This document shows positions 20,884 to 30,191 of a stretch of 64,000 bases of DNA, one piece after another; position 1 is the first letter of the stretch; the number at the start of each line of letters is the position of its first letter. Made by a program: the position numbers and the translations under genes. This DNA comes from Candidatus Atabeyarchaeum deiterrae. GTDB lineage: Archaea > Asgardarchaeota > Atabeyarchaeia > Atabeyarchaeales > Atabeyarchaeaceae. Location of the stretch: the NCBI GenBank assembly GCA_037310415.1, contig CP147780.1, forward strand, positions 288,001 through 352,000, read 5' to 3'. The notes beneath the pieces are model-generated. The model saw only the letters and a list, made by a program, of their open reading frames with translations, did not search any database and had not been told where the DNA came from.

Positions 20884-21942
20884 TCAACGACCCAGCCCAG
20901 TCCCTTTGCATGATATTGATGTTAGACCGTTGTGCTCAGAGACCTCAAACTTTGTTTTTAGAAATTTCTCAGTTACCGTTATGTTGGTCTTTGCGTGAAG
21001 GGATAACTCTGAAGTCGAGATCGTGGATTCGCCTTCCGCGGTGGCCATGTAGGGTATTAGCATGTCGGATAAGTTGCTGTCCACAGTGCATTTTTTGTCC
21101 AAGTAGGCAAGCAATCTTTCAGCCACTTCTGTTCCGACTTTTTCGGCCGGCTTTCCTTTCTCACCAAGGGCATCTGCCCCAACGAGAGCGCCCTTGGTTG
21201 TTGATGCACAGAGAGTTATTCCACTGCCTGGACTTAGATAGTCTAGTTGGTCTTCCTTGTGCGATATCTCTATCTGAATGTTCCCATATCCCGACCTTGT
21301 CAAAGCATCTTTGGCGGAATCTGCCTGTCTGGTAGCGACATGACTAGGCAATCGCGTAGCATGGCTTACTCCTTTTACATTCTCCACTTCGCCGAACTCG
21401 TCAAGTGAGATTGACTTTAGCCTATCTGTGACTGGATTGAATCTGAATCTAACTATTCCGCCGCCCTTAGGATAATGCCCCCTGCGAATCAACTCGGCCG
21501 AGATCTTGCATCCCAACTTCCGAAGAGTTGGAATAAAGACTAGGTTCAAGTAATCAAAACTGGGACTCCAAGGAACATCGGTTCCGCCCGTTAACTCAAG
21601 CGCAACCTCACCGGGAGCGAAACATGCGACTGGACTGAGAGCCTGGAAGATTAGAGAAATGCTTCCTGCTGTTCCCACATCGACCTTGAATGAGCCATTT
21701 CTAATCTTCTGAGGGATAAACTCAACTGTATACGAACCTTTCTGTAGACCAGTTACTTTCGCGTCAACAAGCTTGGCCACGGCTGACACAGCTGCCATCT
21801 GCTGTGCCTGTAGTCCAGGATTGTCACGTTTTGCTCGAATCTTTGAGATCTTCACTGGCGTTCCCGTTATGGCAGACATTGCTACAGAAGTTCGCAAGAT
21901 TTGCCCACCCCCTTCAAGGATGCTCCCGTCAATCTCAATCAT
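20884..21942 (-). CDS. rtcA: RNA 3'-terminal phosphate cyclase
   Basis: EGGGQILR, GGTDV, RGHYPKGGG and catalytic His in SLHAKTN. Confidence 0.93.
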   Translation of the reverse strand: MIEIDGSILEGGGQILRTSVAMSAITGTPVKISKIRAKRDNPGLQAQQMAAVSAVAKLVDAKVTGLQKGSYTVEFIPQKIRNGSFKVDVGTAGSISLIFQALSPVACFAPGEVALELTGGTDVPWSPSFDYLNLVFIPTLRKLGCKISAELIRRGHYPKGGGIVRFRFNPVTDRLKSISLDEFGEVENVKGVSHATRLPSHVATRQADSAKDALTRSGYGNIQIEISHKEDQLDYLSPGSGITLCASTTKGALVGADALGEKGKPAEKVGTEVAERLLAYLDKKCTVDSNLSDMLIPYMATAEGESTISTSELSLHAKTNITVTEKFLKTKFEVSEHNGLTSISCKGTGLGR

Positions 21943-21955
21943 TCTTGTATCACTC

Positions 21956-23008
21956 TCATGACTGCGCCTCCCCAGATGTCTTCTCGGGACTTCGCATGCT
22001 CAGAGTTTCAAATATCGTGTCCGTAAGTAAGTCGATGCCTTCATGTTTAGCGGCACTTATCCTGAGTACGCAACTACCGCTTGGAATTATTCCCTCAATT
22101 TTCGCTAGTTGTTCTTGCGTTAGTATATCCAGCTTATTGATGACGATGATAAATGGAACTTGGCCGAAGAGATCCCTGATCTCATTATAGACGTTGAGTT
22201 GAGTTGCGAGAGTGTAACCACAAATTTCTGATGGATCAAATAGAAACAGTATCAGCTTTGCGTGGTGGCGTAGTGCTACGATAGCCTGTAGTTCAAGCGG
22301 ATTCCTTTCACTTATCGGACGGTCAAGCAAACCGGGAGTATCTAAGACTTGGATTCTCTTCTTGCCCCACATCAGATGTCCTATTATCAGACGTCTCGTT
22401 GTAAAAGGGTAGTCTGCAACTTCCGGCTTGGCTGACGATATATCCCTGACCAGAGATGATTTCCCAACGTTCGGGGCGCCTGCGACAACTACGGTTGGCT
22501 CATCCACATTGATTGAAACGACTTTCCTCAGTTTGTCTCTAGCGCTGGCGAGCAACTCCAACCTGACGCCGGCTTTCCTGATTATGGACGATAAGCGTCC
22601 ATATGCTGCTCTCCTTAATCTTTTCACTTCGAATACTGTTTTGGCGGATCTTATTCTGCGAATGTGGTCTCTGCTCACACTCTTGACTACTTTTCTGTAT
22701 CCGTCGAGGGCTCCAAGTGCTTCCTTGAGTTTGTCTAGACCAATTATGGCATTCGTTATCTCATTATAGAATGGGTCAATGTTGTCCAGAGAAGGAAAAC
22801 CTTCCACAACATTCGTGAGTTTGTCAATCATCTGAGTTGATGCCTCGTCTAGCTTCGATGCTTCGGTTGCTCTCGTCGTTAGGAATCGATCCATTGTTCT
22901 CCTTTTGCTCCTGGATCTGATCTTGCTTGCCCTTCCAAAAGACACGTCGAGTATCTCCTGACTCGACGGCACACTCGGCACGTTTATAAACGGATTCATT
23001 TTGAGCAA
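21956..23008 (-). CDS. NOG1-family GTPase
   Basis: GAPNVGKSS, YPFTT, DTPGLLDRP, NKLD and SAA motifs; helical N-domain. Confidence 0.9.
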   Translation of the reverse strand: MLKMNPFINVPSVPSSQEILDVSFGRASKIRSRSKRRTMDRFLTTRATEASKLDEASTQMIDKLTNVVEGFPSLDNIDPFYNEITNAIIGLDKLKEALGALDGYRKVVKSVSRDHIRRIRSAKTVFEVKRLRRAAYGRLSSIIRKAGVRLELLASARDKLRKVVSINVDEPTVVVAGAPNVGKSSLVRDISSAKPEVADYPFTTRRLIIGHLMWGKKRIQVLDTPGLLDRPISERNPLELQAIVALRHHAKLILFLFDPSEICGYTLATQLNVYNEIRDLFGQVPFIIVINKLDILTQEQLAKIEGIIPSGSCVLRISAAKHEGIDLLTDTIFETLSMRSPEKTSGEAQS

Positions 23009-23052
23009 ACGACCTTCAAAGCAAGTAGCATGTCAAAGATAAACTCTTAAAT

Positions 23053-23721
23053 ATGATTTTAGATTATCGTCTTTCCAGAGATGATTCATTGATGAATGAC
23101 TTACCTAACTCGCTTCAGAGTCAGATTGAGATCCCTCTTGGCGCAACAACGCTGGGAATGGTTTGCAAAGATGGAGTCGTACTTGCAAGTGAGCGAAGAG
23201 TCGCCTGGGGAACCTTCGTTTTGAGCAAAGCTGGAAAGAAAGTATTCAAGATCACTAATAAGATTGGTGTTGCATGCGCTGGCTTAATGTCAGATATGCA
23301 AGTGATCGCCCACACGATGGAAGCGCAGGCTGTATTATACGAACTCGATATGAGAAAACCGATCTCAGTTAGAGCCGCAGCAAAGCTACTGGCCAACATA
23401 TTATTCCAGAGGAGAGGTTCACCTCTGTTCGCACAGACAATACTGGCAGGCATGGACGAGAATGGACCACGAATGTTCATACTCGATCTTCTTGGCTCAT
23501 TGATTGAAGACAAGTACGGCGCTGTCGGCAGTGGAGCGCAAGTAGCAATAGGTGTACTTGAAGCTGAGTATAATGATAATATCACTATTGAGAAAGGAAA
23601 AGAGATAGTCATTAAAGCCATAAAATCAGCAATTGAAAGAGATGCCGCATCGGGTAATGGTGTCGACATACTAGCCATAACCAAAGAGGGGGCTTCGGAA
23701 ATCGCCGTAAGCCTAAAGTAA
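23053..23721 (+). CDS. psmB: Proteasome beta subunit, probably the non-catalytic type
   Basis: DGVVLASERR, AVGSG and ERDAASG motifs; G-ATT in place of G-TTT at the processing site. Confidence 0.9.
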   Translation: MILDYRLSRDDSLMNDLPNSLQSQIEIPLGATTLGMVCKDGVVLASERRVAWGTFVLSKAGKKVFKITNKIGVACAGLMSDMQVIAHTMEAQAVLYELDMRKPISVRAAAKLLANILFQRRGSPLFAQTILAGMDENGPRMFILDLLGSLIEDKYGAVGSGAQVAIGVLEAEYNDNITIEKGKEIVIKAIKSAIERDAASGNGVDILAITKEGASEIAVSLK

Positions 23722-23757
23722 CACCTTGAGATAAGGCTCTTTTGGTTCTTTGCTTTT

Positions 23758-24146
23758 AAACTACCACCTATTGAAATAGGTGGCTTTCTGTAGGGGTCGA
23801 TTGAAGGTGCACTGCACCGAAACCTGACCCCTCATCGGAACGCAGCAGTCCGTTTATTGGGACTGGTCTGTTGGTAAGCTGGAAGAGGGTACTCTGGTGG
23901 ACAGTGTGCTCGTTCTCGTTCCGCACCAACAGGGATTTTACGGCGGTGGCTAAGCTCGCTTTCCTATCGCTGAATCTGGTCAGAGTTTCCGCTTTGCTCT
24001 TCGTAGCATCTTTTTGTAATAGTATTGCGCGTTGCATGCTCTAAGCCCGCATTTATGTTATTTGCCGAACCTTAAGAACTCAACCCAAGTGGTTCCGCAA
24101 TTCCTCCACCCTTTGAAAAAGGGGGGTCTCCTTGCGGTGGTTTCTA
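23758..24146 (-). mobile_element. Non-autonomous, internally deleted IS200/IS605-family (tnpB-type) element
   Basis: Subterminal hairpins CCACCTAT-TGAA-ATAGGTGG (23764-23783) and CCGCAA...CCCTTT-GAA-AAAGGG...TTGCGG (24095-24137); an 89-codon internal ORF whose start resembles a TnpB N-terminus; no tnpA and no RuvC. Confidence 0.6.
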
Positions 24147-24161
24147 TGAGGTGCGGTTCAG

Positions 24162-25133
24162 CTAGTCGAATCTTATTGGTTTTTCGAGTCGGCTTAGCAG
24201 TGCCACCCCACTCTTCATCACGTCATCTAGGATCTTATAGCCAGTCAGACGTGAGAGTTCCTTTGAGAAGCTCAGGATCTCAGAATGCCTAGGCATGTTC
24301 TCGAACCGCATTCTTCCAGTTTGGAGTCCGTATCCAACATTCATTGCAACCTTGGGTTCAACGTAGGTGCTCGCTCCCTTCTGAACTAGCTCGGCATATC
24401 CTTCCACATGTTTGAGGTTAATGTTTCGGGCCAGCGTCATCCGCATTACAGTGGGGCATTTGAAACTCTTCAGTAATTCGATGCTATCGGTGAGCCTTCT
24501 CCATCCATCTTTTTGTCTGGGTCTACAAGTCTTCTTGAATGTTTCCTCGTCGGGCGCGCAAACACTGATGTAAAGTTGAGATGGTTCGACAGATAGCTTG
24601 GACAAGACCTCGGGAAAGGTTCCGTTGCTAACTAGGAAAACTGTCTTGAAACCGTGCTTGAACGCCTCCTCGAATAGGGCGCTCAGTCTTTCGGAGCCGT
24701 ACATGGTCGGTTCCCCTACTAGCGATGCTGTGATATGTGTCGGATTCATGGCCTCTTTGAACATATCTTTGCTGACCTTGTGATTGGAACCATAACCCGT
24801 GAGTATTCTCTTGTGTTCCCGGATGCAAGCTTCGATGAGTGGTGCAGGATCATCAAATTTGTCCCATTGCAGCTCGTCCCAGTCTAGGCCAAGATCGCTT
24901 GGTTGGACTCGCCAACAGAATACGCATGCCTCAGAGCAAACAGGAACAGGTGCGAATTGTACGCATCTGTGCGATCTTATTCCATAGAATCTCTGTTTGT
25001 AGCAATGTTCGGATCCATTCGTTGTCAATGACCTCCAAAGCCACCGACAAGGTTTTAGAAGTCCAGCTTTTCCAACGAAGTGGTACCGCTGATACCGATA
25101 TGCCTGCGCTAGTTTCTCAGGGAGATGCGTCAA
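24162..25133 (-). CDS. taw1: 4-demethylwyosine synthase (radical SAM, TYW1/Taw1)
   Basis: CYKQRFYGIRSHRC, CxxxCxxC (CSEACVFC), SLVGEPT and VSNGT motifs. Confidence 0.92.
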   Translation of the reverse strand: MTHLPEKLAQAYRYQRYHFVGKAGLLKPCRWLWRSLTTNGSEHCYKQRFYGIRSHRCVQFAPVPVCSEACVFCWRVQPSDLGLDWDELQWDKFDDPAPLIEACIREHKRILTGYGSNHKVSKDMFKEAMNPTHITASLVGEPTMYGSERLSALFEEAFKHGFKTVFLVSNGTFPEVLSKLSVEPSQLYISVCAPDEETFKKTCRPRQKDGWRRLTDSIELLKSFKCPTVMRMTLARNINLKHVEGYAELVQKGASTYVEPKVAMNVGYGLQTGRMRFENMPRHSEILSFSKELSRLTGYKILDDVMKSGVALLSRLEKPIRFD

Positions 25134-25293
25134 GAGTCACACCGACAGACACTTAACCGACAGTTGTCACACTCTTTCGTAGCTGAGGTGAAATGCAGAG
25201 TTCTAGTAATGGTGACTACCTAAATATCATTTTGTCTCTCCACCAAGATGTTAGAGGGCGGAGGGTAAACATAACCGAAAACCCCGTCGATAA

Positions 25294-25962
25294 TTGGTGA
25301 TTCAACCCATGAATCTAGAGCAGATAATTGATGAAGTCAGACAGAAGTTTGACAAGAGGGATGAGGCACGTGAGAGAGTCTTCGATCTCACCAGAAACTC
25401 TATCAGACTCTCCTCAAGCGCCATCAGGTCAATTCATAGGAGGGAATTTGACCTAGCGGACGAAAACCTATCCAAGATAAGAGAATCCTTAACCGACACA
25501 GTGGAGAGTCTCAAAGATGTTCCAGAGTTGCTTTACTCTGGTATGGTGAACTCAGCATTCCAAGAATATACAGAAGCAGCACTCTTGATGTCTGTGATCA
25601 AAGATGGAAGATACGCAACTCCTGGGGAGATCTCAGTACCATTCTTCGATGCTTATGTTCTAGGCTTAGCGGATCTTATCGGTGAACTTAGAAGAAGCGC
25701 ACTTGATGCAGTATGCGAGGAGGATACTGATCAGGCTGTGAGCAAACTCGACAAGATGGATGAAATATTGTCAAACCTTGTCACCTTGGACTACCCTGAA
25801 GCGATAATTCCTGGTTTACGACACAAATGTGATGTCGCGCGTAGTCTTGTTGAAAAAACACGAGGTGACATAGCAAACTCTGTAAGCAATGAGAAGCTGA
25901 TCCACGAAATAAAGAAACTAAATGACCGACTTGCTGATACCGTAACTGGAGAACTGAAATAG
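25294..25962 (+). CDS. Translin/TRAX family protein
   Basis: DEARE, QEYTEA, YVLGLADLIGELRR and LRHKCD motifs. Confidence 0.88.
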   Translation: MVIQPMNLEQIIDEVRQKFDKRDEARERVFDLTRNSIRLSSSAIRSIHRREFDLADENLSKIRESLTDTVESLKDVPELLYSGMVNSAFQEYTEAALLMSVIKDGRYATPGEISVPFFDAYVLGLADLIGELRRSALDAVCEEDTDQAVSKLDKMDEILSNLVTLDYPEAIIPGLRHKCDVARSLVEKTRGDIANSVSNEKLIHEIKKLNDRLADTVTGELK

Positions 25963-26045
25963 GCGGATCCCCTTGCTTTTCGATATCCAGCTATCCTGAA
26001 GCTAGGCTTCGTGTAATTAGAGGCGCATTTCTGGGATCTGACTAA

Positions 26046-26735
26046 GTGGAAAGACAAGACTCTGAATTGATGACTGGCAACGGTGGGATCTTGAGTCATC
26101 AGAAGACAGCTGGTTGGCGCATCATTCAAAGGAATCTTGCAAAAAAGGTAATCCGAGAAGATTCTTTCAACATGCCACCCAGGCTTGTGGCGGGAGTAGA
26201 CGTAGCTTACACCAAAGACAAAGCGTATGCTGCCGCCGTCGTGCTCGACTACGAGACTCTCGAACTTGTGGAAGAAAGAGCGAGCAAGTCTACTGTTAAG
26301 ATTCCGTACATACCATCGTTTCTGGCTTTCAGGGAACTCAAGCCATTGATCAGGGTGATCAAGAAGCTAAGGGAGAAACCAGAGATATTCCTAGTTAACG
26401 CACATGGAATTGCGCACCCAGAGAAATGCGGTTGCGCTTCGCACTTGGGGGTCACTCTGGACATACCTACAATAGGAGTTGCTAAGCAAGCTCTCTACGG
26501 AGACATCGTTGACTCGGAAAATCAGGATATCAAATACTTGAAGGACGGAGAAGTTATAGGTGCAGCGCTCGTAACTGAGATCAGCCGGAAGCCCATCTAC
26601 ATATCAATTGGACACAGAATTAGTCTAGAATCTGCAATAGGAATAGTACGAAAGACCACGCGAATTCAGATGCCTGAGCCACTGAGATTAGCACATGAAC
26701 TATCAAATGAGACAAAGAGGAAATCATCCATATGA
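26046..26735 (+). CDS. nfi: Endonuclease V
   Basis: GVDVAY, PYIPSFLAFRE, HGIAHP, GVAK, ISIGH and PEPLRLAH motifs. Confidence 0.9.
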   Translation: MERQDSELMTGNGGILSHQKTAGWRIIQRNLAKKVIREDSFNMPPRLVAGVDVAYTKDKAYAAAVVLDYETLELVEERASKSTVKIPYIPSFLAFRELKPLIRVIKKLREKPEIFLVNAHGIAHPEKCGCASHLGVTLDIPTIGVAKQALYGDIVDSENQDIKYLKDGEVIGAALVTEISRKPIYISIGHRISLESAIGIVRKTTRIQMPEPLRLAHELSNETKRKSSI

Positions 26736-27457
26736 ATACACTAAGGAACGGTGAAACAAGATTGGCAAAGTTAAAGGAGAACGCACTGCGCACACTGATA
26801 ACACTTGCTAGCATGGGAGCGTACAGAAATGCACTTGAAATTACAACGGCTGTGGTTGGTAAGAAGCTTGGAATAAGTCAACAGACCGCGTCTAGACGTC
26901 TAGGCGAACTTGAGAAAAACGGCTGGATAAACAAGGAAAGAACACTTAAAGGCCAAGGAGTCAGAATCAGCAAAGAGGGAGTCGAAGTTCTTCAATCCAT
27001 ATACTCTGAACTGAGAAACTTGTTCGAAGGAGAACTCGCCTCCTTGGGTATTGAGGGCACTGTGTTCTCAGGAATGCGCGATGGAGCATACTACGTCACG
27101 AGAGATGAATACCAGAAACAATTCCAAGAGAAACTCGGATTCACACCTTATCCCGGAACCCTGAACTTGAAGCTAAGAAGTAATCTAGATATTCAAGCAA
27201 AACGGACACTTGATGCTTATCCAGGAATCATTATAGAAGGATTCGAGAATGGACAGAGAACGTTCGGCTCCGTGAAGTCCTTCAAAGTAATAATCAATGA
27301 TAAGGTTGAAGGAGCAGTTCTGTTGATCAAAAGGACTCATCACGGTGAAAATGTTCTGGAGATCATATCACCGTTCTACCTAAGAGAGAAACTTGGGGTG
27401 AAGGACGGTGAAAGAGTCACAATAAAGATTAGGTTAAACTACAAGGGACAGGCATAA
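26732..27457 (+). CDS. ribK: HTH-fused CTP-dependent riboflavin kinase/regulator (RbkR type)
   Basis: SQQTASR HTH, SGMRDGAYY, PYPGTLN, RTHH and LEIISP motifs. Confidence 0.9.
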   Translation: MNTLRNGETRLAKLKENALRTLITLASMGAYRNALEITTAVVGKKLGISQQTASRRLGELEKNGWINKERTLKGQGVRISKEGVEVLQSIYSELRNLFEGELASLGIEGTVFSGMRDGAYYVTRDEYQKQFQEKLGFTPYPGTLNLKLRSNLDIQAKRTLDAYPGIIIEGFENGQRTFGSVKSFKVIINDKVEGAVLLIKRTHHGENVLEIISPFYLREKLGVKDGERVTIKIRLNYKGQA

Positions 27458-27470
27458 ACCGACATTCTAA

Positions 27471-28430
27471 TCACCCGCCAATTAAGCTCTCCAATCCCTT
27501 CTCAAGAATAGTGGCAGGTTGGTATCCCAAGATCTGACGAGCCTTGCTTATCTCGGCCAAACTATGTTTGATCTCTCCTAGTCTTGGTTCCTCGTAGACC
27601 GGTTCAGTCTTGACTCTGAGTTTCTCACGTATTAGCTGATATAGTCTGTTTATTGTCACCGAGTCTCCAGAGCCTATATTGAATGCCTGTCCTACGGCTT
27701 CATCAGCACTTGCTGACAGGAGAAGCGCCTGTACCACATCGCTTACATGGACGAAGTCCCTCGTTTGCTGCCCGTCTCCGTAGATCAGGGGACGCTTGCC
27801 CTTTCGAAGTTCCTCAATGAATTTCGAGATAACGCCACTATACAGATTATAGGTCTGTCTCGGTCCGTATACGTTAAAGAGACGTAGGATTACCGTTTTC
27901 AGGCCATGTTCTCTTTGATATTCCTTGCAGTGTTCCTCTGCTTCAACTTTGGAGTCAGCGTATGGGGACATTGGGTGATTCTCGTCAATCGGAACATATT
28001 GTGGGTTCCCGTATACTGCACATGAGGAGACGTACACAAATCGTTTCACATTCCTTCTAATACTTGCTTCAAGTAGATTTCTCGTTCCTCCGACATTCAC
28101 TTCGTTCGTCAACATTGGCTTCTCGATTGAGTATGAAACGCTCGTGAGGGCAGCTAAATGAAACACTATATCAGCATTCCTTAGCGACTCTTGAACCTGC
28201 CGCTCATTTCGGATATCACCCTTAGCAAAACAGACCTTGTCGCTCTCCAAGTGAGGCTGTATGTTCTTCAAAGTGCCTGACGACAAATCGTCAAAGACTG
28301 TAACAGTACATCCTCCAGTTGCGAGAGCGTCTACCAAGTGACTTCCAATGAATCCTGCGCCACCCGTGACAACGATCCTCCGAGAACTTGCTTGCAGCTC
28401 TTTGCTCCTCACAGCATTATCTCCAAACAC
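27471..28430 (-). CDS. NAD-dependent epimerase/dehydratase (GalE-like)
   Basis: TGGAGFIG, YADSK, RLFNVYGP and GDGQQTRDF motifs. Confidence 0.88.
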   Translation of the reverse strand: MFGDNAVRSKELQASSRRIVVTGGAGFIGSHLVDALATGGCTVTVFDDLSSGTLKNIQPHLESDKVCFAKGDIRNERQVQESLRNADIVFHLAALTSVSYSIEKPMLTNEVNVGGTRNLLEASIRRNVKRFVYVSSCAVYGNPQYVPIDENHPMSPYADSKVEAEEHCKEYQREHGLKTVILRLFNVYGPRQTYNLYSGVISKFIEELRKGKRPLIYGDGQQTRDFVHVSDVVQALLLSASADEAVGQAFNIGSGDSVTINRLYQLIREKLRVKTEPVYEEPRLGEIKHSLAEISKARQILGYQPATILEKGLESLIGG

Positions 28431-28638
28431 TAACTGGGCTTTATTGTCGATCCTAAGTATGTAATCGTATTAGTTTTATCAATGTTTTGCGTCATGACGC
28501 CAGACCGATGAAAATGAGTGAGGGTTATCTGAGGTAGATCGCGTTACCACAGGCAGTTTATAGGAGAAGAACAATGATGAGCGTGGACTCAATCATGATA
28601 TTTTCGGCGAGTCGCAAATCGCATCGGTTTGAAGCTAC

Positions 28639-29109
28639 CTATTTTATTTTGGTGATGACTTCATAAATGCGTTTCACTACTTTTGATGTGCTGTTAAGCA
28701 CTTCATCACCATACTTAGAGAGCCTCACTACCTTTGTGCCCTGAAGACCTCTTTTCTTCAACTCTTGTTTCAAGAAGTCCTCAGATGGTTTCTCATCGTA
28801 GCCAAGCGCAATTATATCAGGTCTAAGCTCTTCAACTATTCTGAGTCTGTCTTCTCCTCCGTAACCAAGAATCGCCTTGTCAACGGATTTCAGTGACTCC
28901 ACCAAGTATCTTCGTTGTTCCTCTGGAAAAATGGGGTCTCGTCCCTTGAGGGTCTTCACGGTTGAGTCTCTTGCTATTACGACTATGAGCTCAGCCGTTT
29001 TGCCACCTAACTTTCGACTTTCTTCGAGGTACTTCGCATGTCCAGCGTGGACTATGTCGAATGTTCCAAAAGCTAGTACACGAGTTCTTTTGTTCATTTC
29101 AGCCAACAA
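28639..29109 (-). CDS. ribL: FAD synthase (cytidylyltransferase family)
   Basis: GTFDIVHAGH, VIARD and PDIIALGYD motifs. Confidence 0.88.
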   Translation of the reverse strand: MLAEMNKRTRVLAFGTFDIVHAGHAKYLEESRKLGGKTAELIVVIARDSTVKTLKGRDPIFPEEQRRYLVESLKSVDKAILGYGGEDRLRIVEELRPDIIALGYDEKPSEDFLKQELKKRGLQGTKVVRLSKYGDEVLNSTSKVVKRIYEVITKIK

Positions 29110-29193
29110 CCGTCATAAGGTAGCTCGTCAATGAATTCCTTTTTCTGGTTACCTTCCAAGAGGATGAAGAGAGGAAGCTTAAAAACCTTGGTG

Positions 29194-30051
29194 TCAGTCG
29201 ACAATAGACTTCCTTGATGATATGGATGGTGGTGCGCCAAACAACTTGACGAGCGATTCGGCTTCCATGAAATGAAGTGTTCCCGGAACTATCAATGTGT
29301 GCGGTGGCGAGCCGAAGTTCAGTTCACCAAGCCGTTTGATAGAGTCGCACCTTATGATGGGTTCAGGAGACCCAATTCGGGCAAGCCCTACCATAAGCCT
29401 ATCATCCGTAAATACCTTCATTCCCTTTGCCTTTTCCATCTTGACTAGTAGCTTTAACGCTTCACTTATGGACAAGTACTTTAGCCGTTCCACATCGAGA
29501 TCCAGCAATAGAAGTGTGTGGAGTCCGCGCGAGAGATTATCGGATACTACGCCGTAGGGCGACATGGGGAAGTACCCTTCTCGTGGGATCGAAATTGTCA
29601 CTGCCTTTCCGAACTTGTAGTGTTGGAGTCCCGTAATACTTGCAGCAACAGAAAAAATCGAAGCAGCGTGAACAACATGGGTTTTTACTCCGAGTTCGTA
29701 GGCCCTAAGTCTGAGGCTTACGTGAGTTGTAGCGGCGAGAGGGTCACCAGGAACGAACAGCACAACTCTCTTCTCCTGCGCTGATTTTAGTAGCTTATTG
29801 TCCACGTCTTCTTCAAGATCTTTTCTTTTCAAGACGGTAATCGATTTTCCTATGATCCTTTCCATCTGATTCAAGTCTAGGGCAGGCATGATGCTGGTGT
29901 ATAATTCTGCATATACTGCGTCAGCCGTCTTCGCAACTTCCAATCCAGATAGGCTTACTCCATTGTGATCCCAAAGTCCCATCCCGACCAGAATCAATTC
30001 ACCATTTCTCTCTTTCTTTGGTCCGGAGGCAGAAGGAGATTGCCCATTCAT
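29194..30051 (-). CDS. dph5: Diphthine synthase
   Basis: ELYTS, GDPLAATTH, GLQHYKFG, HTLLLLD and LHFMEAE motifs. Confidence 0.93.
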   Translation of the reverse strand: MNGQSPSASGPKKERNGELILVGMGLWDHNGVSLSGLEVAKTADAVYAELYTSIMPALDLNQMERIIGKSITVLKRKDLEEDVDNKLLKSAQEKRVVLFVPGDPLAATTHVSLRLRAYELGVKTHVVHAASIFSVAASITGLQHYKFGKAVTISIPREGYFPMSPYGVVSDNLSRGLHTLLLLDLDVERLKYLSISEALKLLVKMEKAKGMKVFTDDRLMVGLARIGSPEPIIRCDSIKRLGELNFGSPPHTLIVPGTLHFMEAESLVKLFGAPPSISSRKSIVD

Positions 30052-30191
30052 AGTTGTATTTCCCGCTTCGATGGTTTTTTATCAGATATCGAAGTTAATT
30101 AAGGGCGAAGAGATATATTAATGCCCGACAAGAATTCGATCTGATAGCTGCCATCCACGATACAGAGGAAGACAGAAGGGGAGACGACCCG

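Noticed and set aside
23768-24037. 89-aa ORF as a functional gene
   Set aside because: It is better explained as a tnpB stub running into the element's right end; it has no RuvC or Zn-finger motifs.
28490-28635. Possible C/D box sRNA (ATGATGA and CTGA motifs)
   Set aside because: The boxes are not in a consistent order or spacing, and I could not identify a guide target.
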